Assembly: GCA_016935365.1 (NCBI GenBank)
Contig: JAFGRB010000178.1
Location: 389-64,388 of the forward strand
Origin: Deltaproteobacteria bacterium
GTDB taxonomy: Bacteria; Myxococcota; B64-G9
Reading direction: 5' to 3'
Length of the DNA: 64,000 nucleotides
Shown here: piece by piece, positions 10,039 to 19,244 of the stretch
Layout: the number at the start of each line of letters is the position of its first letter
How positions within the stretch are numbered: the first letter of the stretch is position 1
Program-made: the position numbers and the translations under genes
The notes under the pieces: generated by a model
Database searches by the model: none
What the model was told of the DNA's origin: nothing
What the model saw: the letters and a program-made list of their open reading frames with translations, nothing else

Positions 10039-11127
10039 ATGCGGCCGGTCCGGATCGTACTCGTCGCCTGTGTGCTGCTGCTCGTCCCGTCCGAGGCGCT
10101 GGCCTGGGGTCCGGCCGCGCACATCGAGTTCGGCCTGGCCATGCTTCGCGATCTGGCCCTGCTGGCCCCGGCCCTGGCCGCCCTGCTGGGCCGTTTCTCC
10201 GACGACTTCCTCTACGGCTCCATCGCCGCCGACATCACCGTCGCCAAGAACCTGTCCCCCTACCACCTGCACTGCCACAACTGGCAGGTCGGCTTCTCGG
10301 TGCTCGACTTGGCCGAGAGCGACGCCACCCGCGCCTTCGCCTGGGGCTACCTGTCCCACCTGGCCGCCGACACCGTGGCGCACAACTACTTCGTGCCCAT
10401 CAAGACCATCGAGACCTGGCAGCGGCGCGCCACCTCGCACGCCTACTGGGAGATCCGCTTCGACACCCGGGTGGAGCGAGAGGTATGGGGGGTGATCAGG
10501 AAGCTCTCCACCCGGGCCTACAAGGAGCACGACCGCCACCTGCGCCACATCCTGACCGGGCCCCTGTTCCCGTTCCGCTTCAACAAGCAGATCTTCAACA
10601 ACATGGTTCTCTTCTCCCGGGTGCTGCAGTGGCAGCGTATGGTCGAGGCCCACGCCCGGCGGAGCCGCAGGGTCCTCTCGGCCGAGGAAGTCGAGGAGAG
10701 CCGCTGCATGTCGCTCGCGCGCATCGCCGACCTGCTCGCCCGCGGCCCGCAGGCCCGCTGCGTCCTGGCCGATCCGACCGGCCACCGCAACCTGCTCATC
10801 GCCCGCGACCTGCGCAAGCGCCTGCGGGCCCTGGACCGGCACGGGCGCCTGCGCGACCCGGCCGAGCTCGGCGCGCTCTTCCGCCCCCTGTTCCGCGAGG
10901 CCATCGAGGACAAGCTCGACCTGCCCTCCCTGCTCGACCTCGCCCTGCCCGGCAGCGGCGTGGTCCCCGAGAGGGCGTCCAGGCGCCGCCGCGGGCTGCT
11001 GGCCGAGCCCGGCGAGCTCAGCCGGCGCCTGCGCGCCGCGAGCATGCGGATCCGCAGGCGCATGCGCAGAAACCGCCTGGCCCGCAGCTCCGAAAGCCGC
11101 GCCCCTTGGCCCCCCGAAGACTCGTGA
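10039..11127 (+). CDS. Secreted zinc-dependent phospholipase C / S1-P1 nuclease-fold protein
   Basis: Signal peptide; mature N-terminus WGPAAHIEFG and His-rich Zn ligands. Confidence 0.65.
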   Translation: MRPVRIVLVACVLLLVPSEALAWGPAAHIEFGLAMLRDLALLAPALAALLGRFSDDFLYGSIAADITVAKNLSPYHLHCHNWQVGFSVLDLAESDATRAFAWGYLSHLAADTVAHNYFVPIKTIETWQRRATSHAYWEIRFDTRVEREVWGVIRKLSTRAYKEHDRHLRHILTGPLFPFRFNKQIFNNMVLFSRVLQWQRMVEAHARRSRRVLSAEEVEESRCMSLARIADLLARGPQARCVLADPTGHRNLLIARDLRKRLRALDRHGRLRDPAELGALFRPLFREAIEDKLDLPSLLDLALPGSGVVPERASRRRRGLLAEPGELSRRLRAASMRIRRRMRRNRLARSSESRAPWPPEDS

Positions 11128-11459
11128 GCGGCCTGGCCGCCCGGCTCGGACGGCTGCTTTCGGGCCGCCCGGCCCCGCTCAAGCTGCACGTCGTCGGCGT
11201 GATCCGCTCACGCGCGACCGCCACCCCGCGCACCCGGCTCGGGCCCCGGCCAGCGCCCGCCGAGTCGGTCTTCGACCTGGCGGTGGAGGAGGCCTGGCTC
11301 GACGACGGGCGGCGGCGCTCCGCCCAGGCCATCGACGAGGCGGTCTTTGCGGGGGACCTGGCGCTCGCGGAGCGCTTCTCCGAGGGCCAGCGCGTCCACA
11401 TCGTCTGCACGACCGCCACGGGCAGGCTGATCGAGTCGATGGAGCCAGCGGAGCCGTGA
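11126..11459 (+). CDS. Hypothetical small protein (GTG start)
   Basis: Open frame with GC3 bias following the PLC gene; no recognisable domain. Confidence 0.3.
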
Positions 11460-11499
11460 CGGGTGGTCTCTCGATGTCCTGGCGAATATCGACGGTCTC

Positions 11500-12531
11500 T
11501 CAGCCGAGGGGCAGGACCCGCCGGGCGATCGTGTAGCCGGCCAGGACCGGCGCGCCGGGCTCCCGGCGGCAGGCGTGCTCCTCGAAGTAGGATGTCGCCA
11601 GGGTCAGCCAGCCGAGGAAGAAGCCGACACCCCCGCAGATCATCCCCCCGCCGTCGCCGCCGCGCGTCGTGCCCGGCTCCGCGACCAGCTCGCACTTGTA
11701 CGGATCCGAGGCGATGAAGAGCCCGAATGCGTTGGGCTGGCGATGGAGGTCCCAGTCGGATTCGAAGCCCTCGGGCGGGCGCTCGAGCTTGCCGCCGGAC
11801 AGGACCCACTGCCTGCGCCAGGCGGCCTCCTCGGGGCTGATGTCGGTCGGGTAACGGTCGCAGGGCGCGTGATCGCCCCAGCGGAACAGGGTCCTGGCCC
11901 CCGCCCCGCAGGCGTGCTCCCACTCTTCGCCCGTGGGAAGCCTGAAGCCCAGCGAGGCGAGCCGGGCCACGACCTCCTCATGCGTGATCGGCTCCTCGGT
12001 CCGCACCGTCACGCCGCCTTCGTCGTCGTAGTCGATGTCGAGGCTCTCGCCTCCCCGGTAGATCCGGACGTGCTGGCCCCGCATGTCGCCCCGCTCATCG
12101 AGCAGCTCGCGCACGCGAGGATCGTCGGAGTCGAGGGTCCTCCATCCCAGCTCGCCGGCCGTCGTCTCCATCAGGAGGGCGGGCAGGACCGCGGTCCTCG
12201 GTCCGAGCGTGACCCTGGCGATGTGCTCTCGGATGTCGAGCTCGATGCCGTACTCCTCTGCGGAGGCCTTCCAGCTGGCCAGCTCCTCGGCCGTGGGCTC
12301 CCACGGCCGGGCTGGATCGAGGCCGAGCTCGACCTCTCCGCCCGGGACCAGCATGAAGCAGGAGTCCCGCCAGTCGAACTCGGCCACCCGGTGCTCCCGT
12401 TCGCCCAGGGAGCAGGTGCGTATCCGCCGGAAGGCGAAGCCGGCAGGCAGCCGGGCAGCCAGGCGCTCTGCCCAGCGTGTGCAGTCCGAAAGCGACATCG
12501 AGCTCCACTCTTCCAGGCTGAGATCGTTCAT
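11500..12531 (-). CDS. FGE-sulfatase (SUMF1)-like domain protein
   Basis: TGEEWEHACGAG...RWGDH resembles the FGE family core; weak match. Confidence 0.5.
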   Translation of the reverse strand: MNDLSLEEWSSMSLSDCTRWAERLAARLPAGFAFRRIRTCSLGEREHRVAEFDWRDSCFMLVPGGEVELGLDPARPWEPTAEELASWKASAEEYGIELDIREHIARVTLGPRTAVLPALLMETTAGELGWRTLDSDDPRVRELLDERGDMRGQHVRIYRGGESLDIDYDDEGGVTVRTEEPITHEEVVARLASLGFRLPTGEEWEHACGAGARTLFRWGDHAPCDRYPTDISPEEAAWRRQWVLSGGKLERPPEGFESDWDLHRQPNAFGLFIASDPYKCELVAEPGTTRGGDGGGMICGGVGFFLGWLTLATSYFEEHACRREPGAPVLAGYTIARRVLPLG

Positions 12532-12594
12532 GGGATAGAAGGTAACCCTCTCCGCAGGAAAAAAGCCACACGAAACCCATCGGGCAGCTGACCC

Positions 12595-12623
12595 TTGAGG
12601 CTGTCAGAGCCTGCGGCTATAAT
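12595..12623 (+). promoter_or_regulatory. Near-consensus sigma70-type promoter (TTGAGG-17-TATAAT) giving a leaderless dam transcript
   Basis: The -10 hexamer ends 8 nt before the ATG at 12632. Confidence 0.45.
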
Positions 12624-12631
12624 AGCGGCGC

Positions 12632-13507
12632 ATGAGCCCGGCAGCCCACAAGGCCCCCGAGCGCGAGGCCAGGCCCTTTCTCAAGTGGGCCGGCGGCAAG
12701 CGCCAGCTCGTACCCAAGCTGCGTAAGCTCGCCCCGGCGCGCTTCGGCACCTACTTCGAGCCCTTCCTGGGCGGCGGGGCGCTGTTCTTCGCCCTGGTCG
12801 GCGACGGCCGCATCCAGAAGCACAAGGCAGTGCTTTCGGACATCAACGCCGAGCTCGTCAAGACCTACGAGGCCATCCGAGACGACGTCGAGGCCGTCAT
12901 CGCCCGGCTGCACGAGCACGACCGCCAGTTCAAGATGCCGGCCGAAGGTCTCGACGCCGACTACTACTACAAGGTCCGCGCCAGCTCGCCGAGATTGGTC
13001 GCCACCAGGGCCGCCCGGATGATCTTCCTCAACCGCACCTGCTTCAACGGGCTCTACCGGGTCAACGCCAGGGGCCAGTTCAACGTGCCGCTCGGCCGCT
13101 ACAAGAACCCGACCATCTGCGACCCGGACAACCTGAAGGCCGTGGCCCGGGCGCTCGAGAAGGCCCAGCTCAGAGAGCAGGGCTATGAGTCGGTCCTCGA
13201 GCGCGCCGCGCGGGGCGATCTGGTCTACTTCGATCCGCCCTACGTGCCCGTGTCGGCCACGGCCAAGTTCGTCTCCTACGGCAAGGACGGCTTCGACATG
13301 CAGGACCAGGAGCGCCTGGCCGGGGTCTTCAGGGCCCTGGCCGAGAAGGGCGTCCAGGTCATGCTGTCGAACTCGGACACCCCCGCCGTCCGGAGGATGT
13401 ACCGCGGCTTCAGGCTGGAGCGGGTCGAGGCGCGCCGCTCGGTCAACTCGCGCAAGGACCGCCGCGGCCCGGTGGGCGAGCTGGTCGTGATGAGCTGGGA
13501 GGGCTGA
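12632..13507 (+). CDS. D12-class N6-adenine DNA methyltransferase (Dam family)
   Basis: FLKWAGGKR and FDPPY motifs. Confidence 0.9.
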   Translation: MSPAAHKAPEREARPFLKWAGGKRQLVPKLRKLAPARFGTYFEPFLGGGALFFALVGDGRIQKHKAVLSDINAELVKTYEAIRDDVEAVIARLHEHDRQFKMPAEGLDADYYYKVRASSPRLVATRAARMIFLNRTCFNGLYRVNARGQFNVPLGRYKNPTICDPDNLKAVARALEKAQLREQGYESVLERAARGDLVYFDPPYVPVSATAKFVSYGKDGFDMQDQERLAGVFRALAEKGVQVMLSNSDTPAVRRMYRGFRLERVEARRSVNSRKDRRGPVGELVVMSWEG

Positions 13508-13902
13508 TGGCCGGACGAGAGACCGCCCCCGCATCCGGCAAGGCGCTCGAGCAGGCCGTGCAGCGGGTGGCCGAGGGGCTCGGGCTGGACTGCGCGTCCC
13601 AGGTCCGCGTGGGGCGCCGGATCTGGGGCGCCGAGCGGCGGATCGACCTGGTGCTGCGCGATCGGCAGAGCGGGCGCCGCCTGGGCCTGGAGTGCAAGTT
13701 CCAGGGCACGGTCGGCTCGGCCGAGGAGAAGATCCCGGCCCTGATCGACGACATCGCCGCCTGGCCGATCGACGGCCTGGTGGTCATCAGCGGGGAGGGC
13801 TTCTCGGCCAACATGAAGGCCTTCCTGCTCTCGACCGGCAAGGTCGTCTACCTCGAGGACCTCGAGATCTGGCTCAGGCTCTACTTCGGAATGGACCTGT
13901 AG
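13507..13902 (+). CDS. Small PD-(D/E)xK-fold nuclease (Hjc/YraN-like); candidate cognate restriction endonuclease
   Basis: IDLVLRD...GLECKF matches the D...(D/E)xK catalytic motif; start overlaps the dam stop (TGATG). Confidence 0.5.
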   Translation: MAGRETAPASGKALEQAVQRVAEGLGLDCASQVRVGRRIWGAERRIDLVLRDRQSGRRLGLECKFQGTVGSAEEKIPALIDDIAAWPIDGLVVISGEGFSANMKAFLLSTGKVVYLEDLEIWLRLYFGMDL

Positions 13903-13959
13903 GTTTTTCCCCGGAAATCGTTCAGGGCAGTGCATCCCCCGTTGTTGCTCGCGATGCGA

Positions 13960-15102
13960 TCAGAGAATCCGATGCGACCAGAGATCGGAAAGGAAATCCT
14001 GGTAAGGGACGATCTCGATACCGCTCGTCCGCCTGCGGCGCGGCTCCCTGCAGACCACGATACGCCGTTGGATCGCATGATCGTCCTGCTGCGTGATGGC
14101 GACCAGACCTCTCAGCTGCCGGTCGTGGACCAGCGTCGAGGACTTCACCTCGATGGCCACCTTTTTCCCGAGGACGAAGTCGACCTCGGCGCCGGTTACA
14201 TCACGCCAGAAATGCAGTCCGTGTCGTCTGGCGAAGTACTGGTGGTAGGCGAAGAGTTCCTGCCATATGAAGTGCTCGAAGGCCTTGCCGAGCATCGGAG
14301 TCTCGGCTGGCACGGAGAAGCTGCCGCTCAGCGCATGAACGACGCCGATGTCGAAGAAGTAGAACTTGCCGCGAGAGATGGCCTTGCGCTTGCCGGTCGT
14401 GCTCAGCGGTGTGAGCATCGTGCCGATGAGCGTATCCTCGAGCACGGAGTAGTACTCGCGGATGGTCCGCGCAGGCACCTGGGCATCGCGCCCCACTCCC
14501 TCGAAGTTCAGGACCTCGCCGTTCCACAGGGCCGCGTGCACGAGAAAGCGTGAAAAGCCCTCGATATTACGGCTGAGCGCTTCCGCCTGGATCTCCTCTT
14601 GCAAGTAGGTCCCGGCATAGCCATGCAACTCCTCCTCCGGTTCGTCGGACAGGTAGACCGGCGGCAGGGAGCCGAACTGGAGCACGCGTTGGAGATCGAA
14701 GTCCTCGATCTCCGGATACACGAACGGCTGCAGGCGGCGTGTCCTGGCCCGCCCCGCCATCAGCGAGGTGTGGGTGCGCTTCAGTTTGCGCGCGCTGCTG
14801 CCGGTGAGCAGGAAGCGGACCCCGGTCTCCTCGATCATGACATGCACCTCGTCCATCAGGACGGGCAGCTTCTGGATCTCGTCGATGACGATCAGCCGAT
14901 CATCGGCCTCAAGCGACTCCCTGATCAGGGCCGGTCGCCTGGAGAGCCTCAGAAAGACATCCGATTTCATGAGATCGTAGACCCTGTGAGGCGGTGCCTG
15001 CTCGCGGATGTAGGCGCTCTTGCCGGTGCGTCGGGGCCCCAGCAAGAGAATGCTGTGCTGCTCGAGTTCCCTCTCGAGGGGGATGATCCTGCGAACGTAC
15101 AT
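13960..15102 (-). CDS. AAA+ ATPase with a DUF4143 C-terminal domain (COG1373)
   Basis: Walker A GPRRTGKS, Walker B LIVIDEIQ; lower GC and weaker GC3 bias than its neighbours. Confidence 0.8.
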   Translation of the reverse strand: MYVRRIIPLERELEQHSILLLGPRRTGKSAYIREQAPPHRVYDLMKSDVFLRLSRRPALIRESLEADDRLIVIDEIQKLPVLMDEVHVMIEETGVRFLLTGSSARKLKRTHTSLMAGRARTRRLQPFVYPEIEDFDLQRVLQFGSLPPVYLSDEPEEELHGYAGTYLQEEIQAEALSRNIEGFSRFLVHAALWNGEVLNFEGVGRDAQVPARTIREYYSVLEDTLIGTMLTPLSTTGKRKAISRGKFYFFDIGVVHALSGSFSVPAETPMLGKAFEHFIWQELFAYHQYFARRHGLHFWRDVTGAEVDFVLGKKVAIEVKSSTLVHDRQLRGLVAITQQDDHAIQRRIVVCREPRRRRTSGIEIVPYQDFLSDLWSHRIL

Positions 15103-15105
15103 GGA

Positions 15106-15166
15106 GCGAGTCTAGTAGAATACCGAATTTTCCGCAACTATGCTGCGGAAAAACCGACTTTTCCCG
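15106..15166. promoter_or_regulatory. Two tandem palindromes TTTTCC(C)GCA-N7-TGCGGAAAA upstream of the AAA+ ATPase gene
   Basis: 15108-15132 and 15139-15164; the second contains the perfect 8-bp-arm palindrome CCGCAGCAgTGCTGCGG; no flanking U-tract. Confidence 0.45.
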
Positions 15167-15242
15167 CAGCAGTGCTGCGGAAAATTGGGATTCCGGGATG
15201 GAACCGAAGCGCTGATAGTATTATAATACGCAAGGATGCCGG

Positions 15243-15563
15243 CTACTTGAGCATCTCCTCGATGGCCTGGACGCGCTTTTTGAGCTTGCGCTTCGGGATG
15301 ACCGCAAAGGCCCCGTCGATACCCATCTCGCCCAGGTAGACGCCGGGCAGCAGGGCGAACTTGATCCAGGCCTCCAGGTGCACCCCGTCCTGGCGCGGCT
15401 CGACCTGGAGGAACTGGGGTCCGAGCATGAGCCCGAGGCCCTTCTTCCACACGCCGGTCTGCTCGTTCTTCTTGAAGCCCTCGGAGACGAGGTACTGCTC
15501 CACTTCCGAGACCGCCTCGTCGACCTTCTTCGACACCTGGATGTCGTTCTGATAGCGGGCCAC
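15243..15563 (-). CDS. Hypothetical 106-aa protein (GTG start)
   Basis: Strong GC3 bias; GGAGG SD 5 nt upstream of the GTG. Confidence 0.55.
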   Translation of the reverse strand: MARYQNDIQVSKKVDEAVSEVEQYLVSEGFKKNEQTGVWKKGLGLMLGPQFLQVEPRQDGVHLEAWIKFALLPGVYLGEMGIDGAFAVIPKRKLKKRVQAIEEMLK

Positions 15564-15710
15564 CGTCCACCTCCTGGGTTTGAGTTCAGGCTGAGCGGAG
15601 CATAGCAGACAGCGCCCGGCCAGAAAAGCCCCTCGAGCGCCCCCTCAGCTCGCCCTCCCTCTGTCGACCTGTCCCGCGGGCATGTCCAGTGTCAGACCGA
15701 CGCTCGACGT

Positions 15711-17357
15711 CTATCTCCGGCGCGCCAGAGCGGCGAGCAGCCCCAGCAGGGCGAGCGCGAGGTCCGCGTGGGCTCCGCTGCTCGCGCAGCCGCAGCCGTC
15801 GCCGTCTTCCGGGCGATCCCCGTCGGCTTGCGATCCGGCGTCGGTCGTGCCGGCGTCGGTCGTGCCGGCGTCGGTCTCGACGCCCTGATCCGCGCCGCCC
15901 GCGTCCGGAGCGCTGTCCCCGCCGCCGTCCTCGACACCGCCGTCCTCGCCGCCATCCGGGCCGCCGTCCGGCTCGACGCTCACGCTCTCGACCGCGAGCG
16001 TGTAGCTGGCCGCAGCCCCCTGGTCGGCCAGCAGCACCACGTAGCCCTCGGGCGCATCGGGGATCTCCGCGAAGGGCAGCTGTAAAGGCACGCCGTCTTC
16101 GCAGTCCGCATACCAGACCCGGGCCTCGCCCGCGAGCAGGGCCCGCGCCTGGACGCGCGCGCCGTCCACCTGCAGCTGCACGTCGGCGCCGGGATCGGGC
16201 CGGGCCAGGCGCGCGTAGGCCGCGCCCGTGCCGGTCAGGCTGGCCTGCAGCTCCGACGGGTAGGCGTCGATGCGGTGCGCGAAGCGCGGTGCGCCCACCT
16301 CCAGCAGCGGATGGGCGAGCTCGCCCTCCAGGCCCAGGTGATCTCCGAGCGTGGCCGTGGCCCAGTCGAGAAGCAGAGAGTCCATGGTCTCCTGGCCCGC
16401 CCGGGCGAGCGGGCCCGCGAAGCCCGCCCGGCCGTGGGCCGGGTCGGCCACCAGCTCGCCCATGAACCCCGCCCCGAAGCGCTCGTAGAGGTAGGAGCCG
16501 AAGAGCAGGCAGGCGCCGTAGTGCACGTGGGCGGTCTCCTCGAGCGCCGCCGAGGGATCGGCCAGGTAGTCGTCCAGCCAGGCCTGGTCGGTCTGCGGGT
16601 AGCCGCACAGCACCATGGCCGCCTCGGCGCAGGACTCGTCCACCCAGGACGCCTCCTCGGGATCGCCGCCCCAGTGGATCAAGTGCTGGAGCTCGTGCGC
16701 CAGGATCGAGAGCGTCATCGCCGAGCCCACCGGCCGGATGGCCGAGTTGACGGTGATCATCTCGATCTCGTTGGAGTGGTAGCCCTGCTGGGCCATGGTC
16801 TCCTCGTCCGGGTACTGGTTGAAGGGGTTGAAGAAGCCGTCGAACTGCGTGCCGCCGTACTGGTCGAGCTCCATCAGCAGGATGAAGACGTGCACGTCGC
16901 CGTCCAGCGCGTCCGGCACGGGCCCGAAGACGCCGATCTCGTTGGGCACGATGCCCTGCTCCGGATCGATCGATCCCGCGGGCGTGGCCAGCTCCAGGGC
17001 GGCGAAGACCGCATCCACACCAGCCTGGTCCACGTTCGCGCCCCACTGGTCGTCGGCCACGAAGACGTAGACGTGGTCGCCTACGGCCCGGCAGGTGGCC
17101 GGCACCTGCACGTCCCGGGGCGGCATCTGGCCCAGGTCCCAGGACCAGAACGAGCGCGTATCGCCCAGCTCGTGATCCGGCGCGCGCCGCCCGGGCCGCT
17201 CGCCCTGCCACTGCACGCGGAAGTCCACGTAGCCGCCCTGACGGATGAAGTCGTAGGCCGATCGCACCGCTGGCTCTGCGTGCGCCGCGCCCGCGAGCGC
17301 AGCGACGCACGCGATCGCCAGGCTCGCCGCCGTCTTCTTGCCTGTCCTCACATCCAC
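15711..17357 (-). CDS. Secreted HExxH zinc metallopeptidase with a MYXO-CTERM sorting tail
   Basis: Signal peptide; HELQHLIH...E; C-terminal GCGCASSG + hydrophobic stretch + RRR. Confidence 0.75.
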   Translation of the reverse strand: MDVRTGKKTAASLAIACVAALAGAAHAEPAVRSAYDFIRQGGYVDFRVQWQGERPGRRAPDHELGDTRSFWSWDLGQMPPRDVQVPATCRAVGDHVYVFVADDQWGANVDQAGVDAVFAALELATPAGSIDPEQGIVPNEIGVFGPVPDALDGDVHVFILLMELDQYGGTQFDGFFNPFNQYPDEETMAQQGYHSNEIEMITVNSAIRPVGSAMTLSILAHELQHLIHWGGDPEEASWVDESCAEAAMVLCGYPQTDQAWLDDYLADPSAALEETAHVHYGACLLFGSYLYERFGAGFMGELVADPAHGRAGFAGPLARAGQETMDSLLLDWATATLGDHLGLEGELAHPLLEVGAPRFAHRIDAYPSELQASLTGTGAAYARLARPDPGADVQLQVDGARVQARALLAGEARVWYADCEDGVPLQLPFAEIPDAPEGYVVLLADQGAAASYTLAVESVSVEPDGGPDGGEDGGVEDGGGDSAPDAGGADQGVETDAGTTDAGTTDAGSQADGDRPEDGDGCGCASSGAHADLALALLGLLAALARRR

Positions 17358-17486
17358 CTCCTCGGAAAGCGCTTCAAGCCGTCTCGACCACTTCGAGCCT
17401 CATCGCCTCCTGGCCAGAAGCGACAATCCGCGATGCGGGGCGATTCATTGCCGCCGGTGGCCTAACGGTCGACCTCCTCGCCGACT

Positions 17487-19244
17487 TCAGATCCCCTGCT
17501 GCCGGGACTCCAGATCCTGCGCCTGCCCGGCCCGTCTCTGCAAGTCGCGCTCGGCCTCGATCGCCACGAGCAGCGCCTGCACCTGCTCGTCGACTCGCGC
17601 GTGCAGCGCGCGGGCCTCGGCCGCGATGCGCGGATCGGCTGCGCGAAGGGCCGCGGCGAGACAGGTGCGGGCCTTCCGAAGCCGCGCCAGATCCCCCTCG
17701 GCCGTATGCCTGGCCCTCGATCGGCGCAGCCCGTCCCACAGGATCAGGCCGAGATCGAAGCGGGCCAGGGCCCAGCTCGCATCCGAGGGCGCGACGCGCT
17801 CGAGAAGCGCCTGCGCCCGCTCCTCCTGCCCCAGCCCGTAGAGCGCCGCGGCCGTGGGCAGGAGCAGCCGCGCATCGCCTTTGGCGTCGGCCCGCAGCTC
17901 GTCCAGGGCGCGCCGCGCGCAGACGAGGTCGCCGAAGACGAAGCACGAGTCCGCCATCTGGCGCCAGGCCGCAAGCAGCCGGGGCGAGCGCGCGAGCAGG
18001 TCTCGCAGGAGCTCGTACGCCTCGGCATGCCGGCCCAGGGCGGCGAGGGCGCGGGCCTGGACGAGCGCGCGCTGCGGCGAGGCGGCCGCGTGGCGCTGCA
18101 GGAAGTACAGCGCCAGGCCGGGCGCGCTCTGCGCGAGCGCCTCGGCCGCGCCCAGCCGGGCCTGCGGATCGCCCGGGTCCGCGATGAGCCGCTCCCGCGC
18201 CGCGCTCAGGGCCGGCGAGCCGCCTTCGGCCGCGAGCGCGGGCCAGCGCAGGCGGTACCAGGCCGGTGGCGTATCGACCCACGCGCGGATCGCCCACAGC
18301 GCCTCCCGCGCCCGGTGCCCGAAGCGGGCCCCGCGGTGCGCCGCCGCCACCCTGGCGACAAGCGCGCCGTCGATCGCAGCCGCCTGCTCGAAGAAGTCCA
18401 GGGCCCGGGACTCGATCTCGGCCTCGTAGAGCTCCTGCATCTCCCCGGAGAGCGCGTGCGGCCTGGGGTGCCCGATCAGCCAGCGGCCGAAGCGGGCATG
18501 CAGCTCGCCCAGCGCCAGCGCGGCCTCGCAGCGGGCCTCGAAGGCATCCCGGTCGTCGGGCTCCTCCGCACCGACCGCCTCGCCGAGCTCCTCCATCGAG
18601 CGCTGGAATGCGCGCAGCCTGGCCGCGATCCGCTCCTGCTCGAGCCCGGCGTAGCCCCAGTCGAGCCCCGCGGCCCGAATCCTGGCCCGCAGGCAGCGGG
18701 CCTCGACCGCGCGCGGGCCGGAAAGGGAGGCCGGGTCTTCGAGCAGCGCCAGCGCCTCGCGGATCCGGCCCTGCGAGAAGCGGACCCGGATGAGGCCGAG
18801 CCGGGCGGCCGCCCGCTCGTCGCGCGTCGCCCGCGGGGCCTGCTGCCGGTGGAGCACGCCCGCGAAGCTCTGTGCTGCCCGGTCCAGCCTTCCGGCCTCC
18901 TCGTCGCAGCGCCCCGCCCGCAGGCGAAAGCCGGCCGCCCTGGCGTCGGCGGGCGCCAGCGCGGCCAGCCGCTCCCAGATGGCCGCGGCGCGCGATCCGG
19001 CCGCGCAGCCGTCGAGCGCCTCGGCCAGCTCCGCCGCCCCGAGCAGCGAGCGCGCGCCGTCCGGGTGCCCGCGCAGCCGCTCCGCCCGCTGGAGCGAGGC
19101 CGCCAGCGCGCCCTCGAAGTCCAGCCGCAGCTCGAAGAGCTCGGGTGCTTCCATCGACGACGCGGCTTGCGAAGACGGAGCCACCAAGGCGAGAAAGACC
19201 ACCGGGGCGAGATGGCAACAGGTCTTTGGCTTACGCGCTCTCAT
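17487..19244 (-). CDS. Secreted Ala/Arg-rich TPR-like repeat protein
   Basis: Signal peptide and helical repeat composition; no catalytic motif. Confidence 0.55.
   Translation of the reverse strand: MRARKPKTCCHLAPVVFLALVAPSSQAASSMEAPELFELRLDFEGALAASLQRAERLRGHPDGARSLLGAAELAEALDGCAAGSRAAAIWERLAALAPADARAAGFRLRAGRCDEEAGRLDRAAQSFAGVLHRQQAPRATRDERAAARLGLIRVRFSQGRIREALALLEDPASLSGPRAVEARCLRARIRAAGLDWGYAGLEQERIAARLRAFQRSMEELGEAVGAEEPDDRDAFEARCEAALALGELHARFGRWLIGHPRPHALSGEMQELYEAEIESRALDFFEQAAAIDGALVARVAAAHRGARFGHRAREALWAIRAWVDTPPAWYRLRWPALAAEGGSPALSAARERLIADPGDPQARLGAAEALAQSAPGLALYFLQRHAAASPQRALVQARALAALGRHAEAYELLRDLLARSPRLLAAWRQMADSCFVFGDLVCARRALDELRADAKGDARLLLPTAAALYGLGQEERAQALLERVAPSDASWALARFDLGLILWDGLRRSRARHTAEGDLARLRKARTCLAAALRAADPRIAAEARALHARVDEQVQALLVAIEAERDLQRRAGQAQDLESRQQGI

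Noticed and set aside
15106-15166. Twin palindromes as rho-independent terminators
   Set aside because: No U-tract follows the hairpin on either strand (TTTT precedes and AAAA follows), so they are more consistent with protein-binding operators.
15586-17310. Large ORFs (574 aa minus, 258 aa plus) overlapping the metalloprotease gene
   Set aside because: R/G/A/P-rich artefacts. The protease frame has HExxH, a signal peptide and MYXO-CTERM.
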